Below, piece after piece: positions 30,062 to 39,362 of a DNA stretch of 64,000 nucleotides. Made by a program: the position numbers and the translations under genes. Below the pieces are notes generated by a model. That model saw only the letters and a list, made by a program, of their open reading frames with translations. It made no database searches and was not told where the DNA came from. Every line of letters begins with the position of its first letter. Position 1 is the first letter of the stretch. Source of the stretch: an uncultured Candidatus Rokubacteria bacterium (GTDB lineage: Bacteria > Methylomirabilota > Methylomirabilia > Rokubacteriales > DASRDR01); contig CAWDVE010000011.1 in NCBI GenBank assembly GCA_963805625.1, positions 115,481-179,480 of the forward strand, given 5' to 3'.

Positions 30062-30637
30062 TTACCTGCTGCGCTTCTTCCGAGCGGCCTTGCGTCCCGC
30101 CGGCCGGACCTGGCGCGTCCGGGCCGCCTTGTCCCTGGCCTTGAGCAGGCCGCGGATGTATGACGCCTCGCCGGCATGCTGGTGGCAGTCGGCCACGATG
30201 CTGACGATGCGCACGCCAACTGTTGGTGGGTCCGGCCCCGGCTCGAGCTCGCGTTCGAGGTCGGCCGGGCGGAGGGCGGCGAGGTACTGCTTCGTCCGAT
30301 CCGTGACCGCGTGCAGGTAGTCGAGCTGGACCTTCGCGCTCGGCGACCGGAACGCCTTCACCTGCTCGGGCGTGTGCCCGTACCCGGAATCGTCGTGGTC
30401 CGGCGGCCGGTCGAACTTCGCGTGCCAGCCGTCGCGGGTCCAGAGACCCGGCTCGCCCATGAGATCGGCGATCTGGGCATCCTGCACGCGCGTGAGATGC
30501 CACACGGTCCAGCCGAGGGGGTTGCAGCCGGAACGGGGCTGCCAGTCGAGGTCGGCGGTGCGAACGCCCGCCAGCACCTCCTCCATCAGCTCCGGCAGCC
30601 GATCGTAGCCGTCGACGATGAGCTCGCGCCATTCCAT
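30062..30637 (-). CDS. DinB-family protein
   Basis: NPLGWTVWHLTRVQD, DCHQHAGEASY. Confidence 0.85.
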   Translation of the reverse strand: MEWRELIVDGYDRLPELMEEVLAGVRTADLDWQPRSGCNPLGWTVWHLTRVQDAQIADLMGEPGLWTRDGWHAKFDRPPDHDDSGYGHTPEQVKAFRSPSAKVQLDYLHAVTDRTKQYLAALRPADLERELEPGPDPPTVGVRIVSIVADCHQHAGEASYIRGLLKARDKAARTRQVRPAGRKAARKKRSR

Positions 30638-30769
30638 GGCGTCCTCCCGCATCGCGCCATCCACGATGTCCTGGCGCGATTGGCGCGAGTTTAGGAACGG
30701 CCTCCACCAGTGTCAAGCCTCGCCGACATCAGACTACCGGCTGCGGCTGCCCGCGGAGGTCCGAACGCG

Positions 30770-32218
30770 TTACTCCGCCGCGGCGCGCGCGGGGATCGGG
30801 GGAGCGCCGACACCGGCCGCAACGGTCGGGACTGCCGCCGGCGCCGCCAGGCCGAGGTCGCGGATCAGGCGCGCGAGATAGGTCCGCTGGAGCCCGAGGA
30901 GGCGCGCCGCCCGCGTGCGGTTCCCGCTGGTCCGGCGGAGGGTGGACGCGATGAGCCCGCGCTTGAACTCCTCGATGGCTGCGTGATACGTCCGCACCGC
31001 CTCCCGGGTCATCCCGTCCGTGAGCCCGACCTCCCGGATCTCGGCGGGCAAGTCCTGCGGCGCGACGTCGGGCCCGTCGGCGAGGACAGCGGCGCGCTCG
31101 ATCACGTTCTCGAGCTCCCGGACGTTCCCCGGCCAGGCATACCGGCGGAGAGTCGACAGCGTCTCGGGCGTGATGCCGTGCAGCTCGCGCTTGAGCTCCC
31201 GCCGGTAGCGCCCGAGGAAGTGCCGGGCGAGCGCGGGAACGTCCCCTGCCCGCTCGCGAAGCGGCGGCAGGGTCACGCTCACGACGTCGAGCCGGTAGTA
31301 GAGGTCCAGGCGGAAGAGGCCGTCCCGGACCGCGGCCCGAAGGTCCCTGTTGGTGGCGGCGACGAAGCGGACGTCGGTCTGGATCGGCCGCGTCCCCCCG
31401 ACGCGCTCGAAGGTCTGGTCCTGGAGCACGCGGAGGAGCTTGGCCTGGAGCGCAGGACGGATGTCGCCGATCTCGTCGAGGAACACCGTCCCGCCGTGGG
31501 CGACCTCGAGCTTCCCGCGCTTCTGCTGGTGGGCCCCCGTGAACGCGCCCTTCTCGTGGCCGAACAGCTCGGACTCGAGGAGCTCCTCGCTGAGGGCCAC
31601 GCAGTTGACCACGACGAACGGCTGGTCCGCCCGGCGACTCCAGCGGTGGATCGCCCGAGCGATGACCTCCTTGCCCGTCCCGCTCTCGCCGAGGAGCAGC
31701 ACCGTCGTCCCGCTCGGCGCCACCCTCCGGGCGACGTCCAGCACGGCCCGCATCTGGGAGCTGTCGCCGACGATGACGGCGTAGCGGTCTCCCACCTCGG
31801 AGGAGAGGAGCGCGTTCGCGTCGCGGAGCGCCTGACGCTCGAGCGCCTTGCCCAGCACGATCTCGAGGTGCCGGGGGTCGATCGGCTTGGAGACGAAGTC
31901 GTAGGCGCCCTTCTTCATCGCCTCCACGGCCCGCGCAATCGTCCCGTGCCCGGTGATGACGATCACGACGACATCCGGCTCCTCCCGCCGGATCGTCTCC
32001 AGCACGGCCATGCCGTCCATGCCCGGCAGGACCAGGTCCAGCAAGACGATCGCGGGCGGCTCCTCGCGGCAGAGGCGGAGGGCCTCGGGGCCGCGGTCGG
32101 CCACCGATACCTGGAAGCCGAGGAAGCGGAGTCGGTCGCTCAGCGCCTCGCAGAAGTCCGGATCGTCGTCGACCAGGAGAACGCGCGCGGGAGGGGCCAT
32201 GGCTCGATCCTCAGTCAC
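30770..32218 (-). CDS. Sigma54-dependent response regulator (NtrC/AtoC type)
   Basis: REC domain, GESGTGKE, ESELFGHEKGAFTGA, WPGNVREL, Fis-like HTH. Confidence 0.95.
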   Translation of the reverse strand: MTEDRAMAPPARVLLVDDDPDFCEALSDRLRFLGFQVSVADRGPEALRLCREEPPAIVLLDLVLPGMDGMAVLETIRREEPDVVVIVITGHGTIARAVEAMKKGAYDFVSKPIDPRHLEIVLGKALERQALRDANALLSSEVGDRYAVIVGDSSQMRAVLDVARRVAPSGTTVLLLGESGTGKEVIARAIHRWSRRADQPFVVVNCVALSEELLESELFGHEKGAFTGAHQQKRGKLEVAHGGTVFLDEIGDIRPALQAKLLRVLQDQTFERVGGTRPIQTDVRFVAATNRDLRAAVRDGLFRLDLYYRLDVVSVTLPPLRERAGDVPALARHFLGRYRRELKRELHGITPETLSTLRRYAWPGNVRELENVIERAAVLADGPDVAPQDLPAEIREVGLTDGMTREAVRTYHAAIEEFKRGLIASTLRRTSGNRTRAARLLGLQRTYLARLIRDLGLAAPAAVPTVAAGVGAPPIPARAAAE

Positions 32219-32618
32219 GGCGGAACGCCTGCGCCGTGAGGCGCAGGAGCTCGCCGGGGTCGAAGGGCTTGAGCATGAAGTCGTCGGCGCCGCGGGCGCG
32301 GCACGCCTCGCGGAGGGGACGGTTGGGGGACCCGGTCAGCACGATCACGCGGGCGGCGGGCGCCGCCTGCCGAATCTCCGGCAGGGCCTCGAAGCCGCCG
32401 AGCCGCGGCATCTTGAGGTCGAGAATGATGCAGCCGGGGCGCGCGTCGCGCGCGCAGGCGAGGGCCTCGATCCCATCGCGCGCGGTGAGGACACGGTACC
32501 CGGCGGCTGTTAGGCGGTCGGAGACCATCTGGAGCAGATCCGCCTCGTCGTCGACGACGAGGACGAGGCGGTCCTCCCCGGCCGCCGGCGGGAGCAAGGG
32601 AGTCGGCAGGACGGTCAT
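32211..32618 (-). CDS. Single-domain response regulator
   Basis: VLVVDDE, ILDLKMP, VIVLTG, LKPF. Confidence 0.9.
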   Translation of the reverse strand: MTVLPTPLLPPAAGEDRLVLVVDDEADLLQMVSDRLTAAGYRVLTARDGIEALACARDARPGCIILDLKMPRLGGFEALPEIRQAAPAARVIVLTGSPNRPLREACRARGADDFMLKPFDPGELLRLTAQAFRRD

Positions 32619-33860
32619 CCGGCCATCCCACCCGGGACGGGCAGCAGCAGGATGAAGGCCGCGCCGCCGTCCGGCGCGTCCTCCACCCAGATCCGGCCGC
32701 CGTGGAGCTCGACCAGATGGCGCGCAATGGTGAGGCCGAGACCGGTGCCGGGCGGCCGCTCCACTTCGACCCGACCGACCTGGTAGAACTTGTCGAACAC
32801 GCGCTCGCGCTCGGCCGGCGGGATCCCGGGACCGCTGTCCTCGACCGCGAGGCGGACCAGTCCTCCGGCGGCGGGGCGGGCCGTGACCACCACCTGGCCC
32901 CCCGGCGGGCTGAATTTGATGGCGTTCGTCAGGAGGTTCGTCAGGATCTGGTGCACCCGGTCCGGATCCGCCCAGACCGGCAAGCACGGCGCCAGGTCAG
33001 GGGCCACGCGGACTCGGCGCTCGTCCGCGAGGTGGCGAAGGCCATCGACGGCGTCGGCGACCAGATCAGCGACCGGGAGCGCTCGCGGGATGAGCTCGAT
33101 CTTGCCCGCCTCGATCCGTGTGAGATCGAGGAGGTCCGACACCATGCGACCCAACCGGTCGGTGTTGTCCCGGACGCGACCGAGGTAGTGGCGGGGCTTG
33201 TCGGTGAGCGGCCCGGCCACGCCGTCCAGGAGGTTGTCGACGTAGCCCTTGACTGCGGCCAGCGGGGTCCGGAGCTCGTGAGAGACGTTGCCGAGGAAGT
33301 CGGACTTGAGCTGGTCGACCTCACGGAGGCGGGCGTGTGAGGCCTCGAGCTGCCGGTACGTGGCCTCCAGCTCGGCCGTCCGCTCGTGCACCTTGGCCTC
33401 GAGCTGGGCGGCGGAGTCCTGGAGCCGGCGATAGAGGTGGGCGTTCTGGATCACCACCGCGACCTGGGCCGCGAAGACTGTCACGAGCCGGACGTCGTTT
33501 TCCGACAGTCCGCCCGGCTTGTTGGCGATCGAGATCTTTCCGACGAAGCGTCCCTCGTGGAAGAGGGGGATCTCCGTCAGGTTGTAGACGCCGAACGGCC
33601 GGAGGAAGGCGCGCTGCTCCTCGTTGAACTCCTCCGGCCGCTTGTTGACCATCGGGCCCCGGTGCCGGAAGTTCCAGGCGGGCCGGAGTGCGTCGGCGGG
33701 GTAGCGGACCTTCTTGAGCAGCTCGTCCGCCACGTTGTAGCCCGGCCACTGGCAGACGAACTCGCGGGTCTCCGGCTCGTAGAGCGAGATCACGCACTTC
33801 TCGCAGCCGACGAGCTCCGCCAGCTGGCGGGTGAGCCGACCGTAGGTCTCGCGGATGTCA
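32615..33860 (-). pseudogene. GAF-histidine kinase, 5'-truncated by island insertion
   Basis: [31 protein letters not shown]. The GAF start DIRETYGRLTRQLAELVGCEKC continues in frame upstream of GTG 33793 until about 33860, where recombinase sequence takes over. Confidence 0.8.
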
Positions 33861-35421
33861 CCCCTCGGGACGGTTCCATGGGCACGGTGGGTGTCGACGG
33901 CTCGACCGACGGCCCGACCGTGGGCACCATCCCCGCAATGGTCAGCTCACCCGAGGGATGCACCACGATCTCGTCGATGGCCGCCGTGAGGATCGTCCGG
34001 CGGGCCGCGCCCTGCACGGCCGCCAGCCCGCCCGGCAGCGTCCGGAGCCATCGCCGCAGGAGCGCATCCTGCCCGACCGCCTGGGTGCGCGCCTGCGCCT
34101 GGGCGGCGACCACCCCATCCAGGCGGGCGAGGCGCTCGCGGAGCAGCGTCCGTTCCCCCTCCAGGGTCGCCAGCCGAGCGCGCAGCTCGGCCTCAGGCCG
34201 CGGGGCGCTGTCGTCCAGGAACACGTCGAGAGCCTTCTGGATCTGTCGCTCGAGCCGAGTCAGGGCCGTGCGCAGCTGGACACGTCCTGACTCCGCCTCC
34301 ACGTCGGCCACGGCCCGCGTCGTCTCACGCCGGGACAAGTGCGGCCAGAGGGCCGCCGGGTCCTGGAACGCCTTGCGCAGCGCCGCCCAGACGCGGGCCT
34401 CCAGCGGCGCGGCGGCGTGCTGCGGCAGGCCACACTTCCGGGGCAGGCCGAGCTTCATGTAGTCCACGGATGCGCACCGGTACGCCGTTGCACCCCGCCG
34501 GCCCGGGACGCCGTAGAGCCGTCGGCCGCACACGCCGCACCGAAGGAGCCCGCGCAAGAGGTACACCGCCCGTGCCGGGCGCCCGCCGCGCCGCTGGGTC
34601 AGACTGGCCTGAACGCGCGCCCACAGGGCGGTCGGCACAAGCGCGGGCACGGGGATCCCGATCCAGTCCCCTTCGGGCTTCCGCGTGATGAGCGCCGACC
34701 GGCGTCCCGTCACGCGCGTGTAGCGCCGCCGGTTGTACACCGCCATCCCCTGGTAGGCCGGGTTGATCAGGATGCGGTGCAGCGTGGTCGTGAGCCAGCG
34801 GCCCCCGTGCGGCGCGGCGATGCCAAGGTCGTGGAGCCGCCGGATAGCGGCCCGGATCGACAGCCCCTCGTCGCCGACCCAGCGAAACACATCGGCGACG
34901 ACGGCCGCGGGGCCGGGATCCGGCTCAAGCGTCCCCGCGGCGTAGCGATAGCCGTGGGGCCAGCGGCCCGTCACGAAGCGCCCGCTCCGCGCCTTGGCCA
35001 GCCGACCGGCGTGGGTGCGCTCCCGGATCTGGGCGCGCTCGAGCTGACTGACGCCGGCCATGACGGTCTGGATGAAGTCGCCCACCGGCGTCGGCTCGGA
35101 CGGCAGCGCCAGGTACTCCACCCGCACGCCGACTTCGGTGAAGGCGTGGACGACGTTCGCCCACACGCGGAGGTCCCGCGCGAGCCGGGAGGAGTCGAGC
35201 GTGAGAACGACGTCGCACTGGCCCGCGCGGGCGTCGGCGAGCAGGCGATCGAGGTCCGGCCGGCGCTCGACCGCGCCGGAGATGCCTTGGTCGGTATAGA
35301 TCCCGGCGATGGTGTCCCCACGCCGGACGACGGCTGACTCCAGCGCGTGGCGCTGCGCCGCAAGCCCGTACCGTTCCGCCTGGTCATCAGTCGACACGCG
35401 GCAGTAGAGAGCGACCCGCAT
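33790..35421 (-). CDS. Large serine recombinase (integrase)
   Basis: MRVALYCRVSTDDQ (catalytic Ser), SRLARD, ERAQIRERT, PHGY, YLLRGLLRCGVCG zinc ribbon, coiled coil. Confidence 0.95.
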   Translation of the reverse strand: MRVALYCRVSTDDQAERYGLAAQRHALESAVVRRGDTIAGIYTDQGISGAVERRPDLDRLLADARAGQCDVVLTLDSSRLARDLRVWANVVHAFTEVGVRVEYLALPSEPTPVGDFIQTVMAGVSQLERAQIRERTHAGRLAKARSGRFVTGRWPHGYRYAAGTLEPDPGPAAVVADVFRWVGDEGLSIRAAIRRLHDLGIAAPHGGRWLTTTLHRILINPAYQGMAVYNRRRYTRVTGRRSALITRKPEGDWIGIPVPALVPTALWARVQASLTQRRGGRPARAVYLLRGLLRCGVCGRRLYGVPGRRGATAYRCASVDYMKLGLPRKCGLPQHAAAPLEARVWAALRKAFQDPAALWPHLSRRETTRAVADVEAESGRVQLRTALTRLERQIQKALDVFLDDSAPRPEAELRARLATLEGERTLLRERLARLDGVVAAQAQARTQAVGQDALLRRWLRTLPGGLAAVQGAARRTILTAAIDEIVVHPSGELTIAGMVPTVGPSVEPSTPTVPMEPSRGVTSARPTVGSPASWRSSSAARSA

Positions 35422-35582
35422 CACGCCGCCTCCTCGGGCCCGTACTCGGGCGGCACGGCGGTCAGGAGCGCCTCGACCAGCGCCGCCCAGCGCGCGGCAT
35501 CCGCCTCGACCGGCACCCACGTCACCCCGGCCTCGGGGTCGGCCTGAGTGTCGTGAGGCGAGGACGACACGTCAAGGGGCAC
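35421..35582 (-). CDS. Small protein coupled to the integrase (possible directionality factor)
   Basis: ...VTWVPVEADAARWAALVEALL...EEAA*. Its TGA overlaps the integrase ATG. Start approximate and function inferred only from position. Confidence 0.4.
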   Translation of the reverse strand: MPLDVSSSPHDTQADPEAGVTWVPVEADAARWAALVEALLTAVPPEYGPEEAA

Positions 35583-35951
35583 AGCCATCGCCATCCGGTA
35601 ACGCGACGCTGCCCGCCGGGCAAGTCCGTGAGGCGTCGGCGCCCTCCACGGCCTTGCGTACCGCCTGATCATCCCGATCTCCGCCGTGTTGGCCACCCGC
35701 GGCGGCATCGCCTACCCGTTGATCGTCGCCATCTACGACGTGGTGGTCTACACCGCCTACTAGACCGTCAACGGGATGGTCGCGGTGCACGACGGCGAGG
35801 ATTCGCCGGGCACCGAGCGGGATGGACACCTCGGCTCTCCAGTGAGACGGCAAGGCCGCGAGGAGCAGCGCCTGGGGCCGGGTGAGCTCCCGGCCGTTCC
35901 CGCCCCTGGACCGGCGGCCGTGGCCGATGCGCGCGCGAGGCGTTGGGGGGA

Positions 35952-37670
35952 TCACGAGTCGTCCTCGCCCCGGACCCAGGGGGGCTCCTCCTCGGAGGGC
36001 TCCGAGGGTTCGGAGGATTCCTGACCACCCCAGCGATCGCGCGCGCGCGCGTGTGCGTGGGCAATGGGTGGCACACCCTCCGAATCCTCCGGACACTCCG
36101 AGAGGCGCCAGCGGATGCCACCGGTGTCGCTCGCCGTGGGCGCTTTCTCAACCCTGAGCCGCCGGGAATCCTCGAGGCGGTAGACGCAGTCCTGGATCTT
36201 CCCCAGCAGGCGGCCGAGCCGAATCCGCTGCGCCTGCACGGTTCTCCCCTCCACGTCGAGTCCGACCTCCGGCGCGAGAGCGACGGGGACTAGCTCGGCC
36301 ACCGGCTGTGGAGTGGTGCCATGCTGTTCCCACCAGAGGGCCAGGAAGGTCCGAACCAGGGCCGTCTCGTTGTCGGCCCGCTCGTATAGGGCCGCCCGGT
36401 TCTCGAGGAACCCCGGAATGTCCGCCGACGCCAGGATGCCCGCGATCACGCGGGCCCAGGCCTCGAACATACCCAACGCGGGCACGCGCGGCGGCGCAGG
36501 CCGATCTGTGGCAAGCCATGCCTGGCAGAGCACAAGGAAGGCGCGCACGAGGGCTGGACGGGAGGCGTCGACCCACGCGAGAAGGTCCGGGTGGCGAAAC
36601 GCATGTCGCTCCCAAGGGCGATCGCGCCGGGCGTCCAGGCGGCACGACACGGTTCGCCGGGCAAGTTCAGGTGACAAGACCGGATTGTTGCCGGTCGCGA
36701 TCCAAGCGCAGCGCACGGGCAGATGCACCATCTCTGACCGCCCGAGAACCCGGTCCGTCCAATATTCGGCGGTGATGGCAGCGCTGAGGGCGGCCGAATC
36801 GAGGCGGCGGCGGAGATTGTCGATCCAGGCGATTGCCGGACTGCCCATGAGAGTCGAGGTGATCCGCTTTCTCCATTCGTCCTCGTCCTGCCCTTCGCTC
36901 ATGGTTCCGGGATCTCGCCCGGTGGCGACGCGGGCGAGGGCGGCGACCAAGAGGGAGGCACCTGTGCCCGGCGTCGGTTTCTCCACGAGGATCAGCGGAA
37001 CAGGCCCCTTGATGAGCGGACGGACGAACAACGTTATTGCGAATGCGACGACATGGGCTAGGTCGGCCGCGCCGACGAACGGAAATTCTCCCAGGAGCTC
37101 CTTGAGCACCAGTTCTCGGGCCGCTGTGACGTCAGCGGGTGTGGGCGCGGACGGCACCTGAGGCACCACGAACCCAGATGGCGGTGCGTAGATCACACGG
37201 CTCTCGGGGTCGTAGCCGGCCGTCGCGTGCAGCCGGCCGGACGGTGTAAACACCGGCGTTTCGGTGATTTGCTCGAGTACGGGCAGGGGAGCGTTTGGCC
37301 GGGCCAAGAGGTCGCGCACGACGGGCATAGGTGGATAGACACGCTGAAGCTGATCACCTCGACGCTGTCGCCAGTCCGCGACTCGGGCTAGGTGGTGGCG
37401 GAGGCGGTCTGGGGTCAAGGGACGACCTACTGGGCCGCCATTGTCGTCTCGCTCGATCCGGGCGAGGTTTCCGGCCCAGCGGAAGAACTGTGGTGGTTTG
37501 TTCGCTGCCTCCAGCGCGGCCCAGGCCGCCGCCGCAAGGCGAGGCAAATCCTGGTCGTCCGTCTCGATCATCGGGACATCCAGCTCGACGCGGGGGAGTT
37601 GGCCTATATCGTCTCCAGTGGCGCCCGTGCCGTGGATGTAGTCGTCGGCCCCGACCTTTGGATCTGTCAC
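35952..37670 (-). CDS. Primase-associated helicase/NTPase of a mobile element
   Basis: KVGADDY, GYDPES, EKPTPGTGASLL (P-loop variant), WIDN, ATGNN, LARR. Confidence 0.8.
   Translation of the reverse strand: MTDPKVGADDYIHGTGATGDDIGQLPRVELDVPMIETDDQDLPRLAAAAWAALEAANKPPQFFRWAGNLARIERDDNGGPVGRPLTPDRLRHHLARVADWRQRRGDQLQRVYPPMPVVRDLLARPNAPLPVLEQITETPVFTPSGRLHATAGYDPESRVIYAPPSGFVVPQVPSAPTPADVTAARELVLKELLGEFPFVGAADLAHVVAFAITLFVRPLIKGPVPLILVEKPTPGTGASLLVAALARVATGRDPGTMSEGQDEDEWRKRITSTLMGSPAIAWIDNLRRRLDSAALSAAITAEYWTDRVLGRSEMVHLPVRCAWIATGNNPVLSPELARRTVSCRLDARRDRPWERHAFRHPDLLAWVDASRPALVRAFLVLCQAWLATDRPAPPRVPALGMFEAWARVIAGILASADIPGFLENRAALYERADNETALVRTFLALWWEQHGTTPQPVAELVPVALAPEVGLDVEGRTVQAQRIRLGRLLGKIQDCVYRLEDSRRLRVEKAPTASDTGGIRWRLSECPEDSEGVPPIAHAHARARDRWGGQESSEPSEPSEEEPPWVRGEDDS
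35991..36102. repeat. Inverted 3+3 nine-mer iteron-like array (putative origin)
   Basis: ctcggaggg/ctccgaggg/ttcggagga (35991-36017) face ccctccgaa/tcctccgga/cactccgag (36076-36102) across a 22-nt alternating purine-pyrimidine run (36038-36059). Confidence 0.6.
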
Positions 37671-38440
37671 GACGCCACTCTCAGGTGATTGGGCAGGACG
37701 ACGATGCGGGGTCGCGCACCCCGAAGACGGAGCGCCGTTGCGAGCCGGCGCACGCCGCGTTCCACACAGATGTTGGTCTGCCAGTCGCCGTCCGGCAGGA
37801 GCTCGATGACGCGACCGCTCACGGGAATGACGTCGAAGTCTGGTAGGAGCTCGCGGGAGCCTCGGACATGCCACCCCTCGATCCCCTCGAACCCGACAGC
37901 CGGCAGGCTCAGTTGCGCGACGCTCAGGGCCTTCTTGACGCCTTCCACCAACCACACCGGCTCGTCTCCCTTGAGGACGCGGGCCAGGCTCGGGACACAG
38001 AAGTACAGCCTGGGCGGGACGCCTTTGGGCCCGAGATACTTCGTTGTGTGGCCGGTCTCGGAGATCAGCGGTGGGAAGACCTTGACCCTGACATGGTCCG
38101 TGAACCCGCCTGTGGGGGACCGGAACGGAAAGAGCAGGGCCGAACGTACGACCGGCACGTCGAACCCCAGGAGCTTCGGCAGCATCGTCGGTGGGACCGA
38201 GCGGATGAAGTGCGCTCGGATAGTCTCGTCGGTCAACCCACTCTTCGCGAGGTCAGCCCGATGCTCGGGTGCCAGCGCGCCGTCACAGAGGCATGAGAGG
38301 AGGAGGGCCAGGGTGGGATTCCTGCTCTCCTCACTTGGCGTCACTCTGGAGGCCCTCCGGGCTCCGGAACGAGCCCTCCCCGCTTGGAGGGTTGGGTCCG
38401 ACGGCTTCATGCGGTCCTGGCGGTCTGTAGTCACGCTCAT
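37667..38440 (-). CDS. DUF3854-like Toprim primase domain protein
   Basis: EHRADLAKSGL, KYLGPKG, WLVEGVKKALS, FEGIEGW, LLPDGD...N. Confidence 0.75.
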   Translation of the reverse strand: MSVTTDRQDRMKPSDPTLQAGRARSGARRASRVTPSEESRNPTLALLLSCLCDGALAPEHRADLAKSGLTDETIRAHFIRSVPPTMLPKLLGFDVPVVRSALLFPFRSPTGGFTDHVRVKVFPPLISETGHTTKYLGPKGVPPRLYFCVPSLARVLKGDEPVWLVEGVKKALSVAQLSLPAVGFEGIEGWHVRGSRELLPDFDVIPVSGRVIELLPDGDWQTNICVERGVRRLATALRLRGARPRIVVLPNHLRVAS

Positions 38441-38742
38441 CGGGGGGTGAGCGAGAAATTCTCGAGGCGGCCCCGGCGTCGTCGCCGCAGGCGGAGGACC
38501 CGTGCCACTTCGGGCAGGCGCTCGGGCGCAAAGAGGACGCGGGCCTCCGTCGAGCCGATCTGGTGGGGTCGCACCCCCGGCACGGCCAGGAGTGGGATGA
38601 TCTTCCGAGCCCGGTCGGTGTAGGCCGCCAGCGTCGTGGCATCGTGCCACTCTACTCGTCCGTACTTCCCGGGCAGGATTGGCCAGTGCTCGACGTCGGG
38701 CGCAATCCGGAAGCCGTGTTCACGCGCCACCAAGCGGAGCAT
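38437..38742 (-). CDS. Hypothetical element protein
   Basis: MLRLVAREHGFRI...PILPGKYGRVEWHD. ATGA-coupled to the primase. Start uncertain. Confidence 0.55.
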   Translation of the reverse strand: MLRLVAREHGFRIAPDVEHWPILPGKYGRVEWHDATTLAAYTDRARKIIPLLAVPGVRPHQIGSTEARVLFAPERLPEVARVLRLRRRRRGRLENFSLTPR

Positions 38743-38952
38743 CGTGAACGCGCGTCGATGCTCGCTCGTACGTCCGGCACGAGGGTGCTCGCGCTGGCGG
38801 GGTCGGAGGACAGCGACGGGCGCTGCCCGATGGACGGGGCGGGGCGCGCGCCGGACGTTGCGCGACAACGGCGACTGAGGTACTGTTCCGATCAGCACGT
38901 TCGATTTCCTCCAGCGCCTCCAGAGCTAGCGACTCTTGGAGGCGCGTCTGTT

Positions 38953-39171
38953 TTAGGGTGTGTCCTCGTTCTCGGGAGCTCGCACGACCGTGGCATGAGC
39001 CGTCCGCTCGGCATACAGGCGGTCGATGATCTCCCGCGTGAACAGACGTGCGCCCCGGGGTGTGACCACGCTCGGACGAAGCCGGCCAGCCCTCACCAGC
39101 GCTCGGACTCCCGCCGGTGTGAGGCCAAGGACACGGCCCACATCGGCGGTTTCGAGGAGATGCTGCACCAT
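38953..39171 (-). CDS. MerR/Xis/AlpA-like HTH protein
   Basis: LLETADVGRVLGLTPAGVRALVRAGRL...TPRGARLFTREII. Purine-rich RBS. Confidence 0.8.
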   Translation of the reverse strand: MVQHLLETADVGRVLGLTPAGVRALVRAGRLRPSVVTPRGARLFTREIIDRLYAERTAHATVVRAPENEDTP

Positions 39172-39256
39172 TACTGACCCCCCTTTCCTGTGATGTTGTG
39201 TGCATCTTCGCGCACGCATCACGGGTAATGGGTCAACCAGGGCTGGAGCGTTTCAG

Positions 39257-39283
39257 GGATCCCCGCGTCTAGCGCGGGGATCC
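39257..39283. repeat. Perfect 11-bp inverted repeat upstream of the HTH gene
   Basis: ggatccccgcg-tctag-cgcggggatcc. No U-tract, so operator or terminator is undecided. Confidence 0.6.
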
Positions 39284-39362
39284 GATGGGACGAACTTTCA
39301 TTTGGTGACTAATGCGTCAACTACCGGGAGCCGGGGCGAGCGTTCCTCCGAGAGGGTTATTT

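Noticed and set aside
30671-30700. tggcgcga tandem as a sigma54 promoter
   Set aside because: No GC at the -12 position with correct spacing, and it points away from the adjacent dinB gene.
35625-35815. Plus-strand hydrophobic fragment (GVGALHGLAYRLIIPISAVL...YTAY*TVNG) inside the element
   Set aside because: No start codon, an internal stop and no recognisable family. Probably debris.
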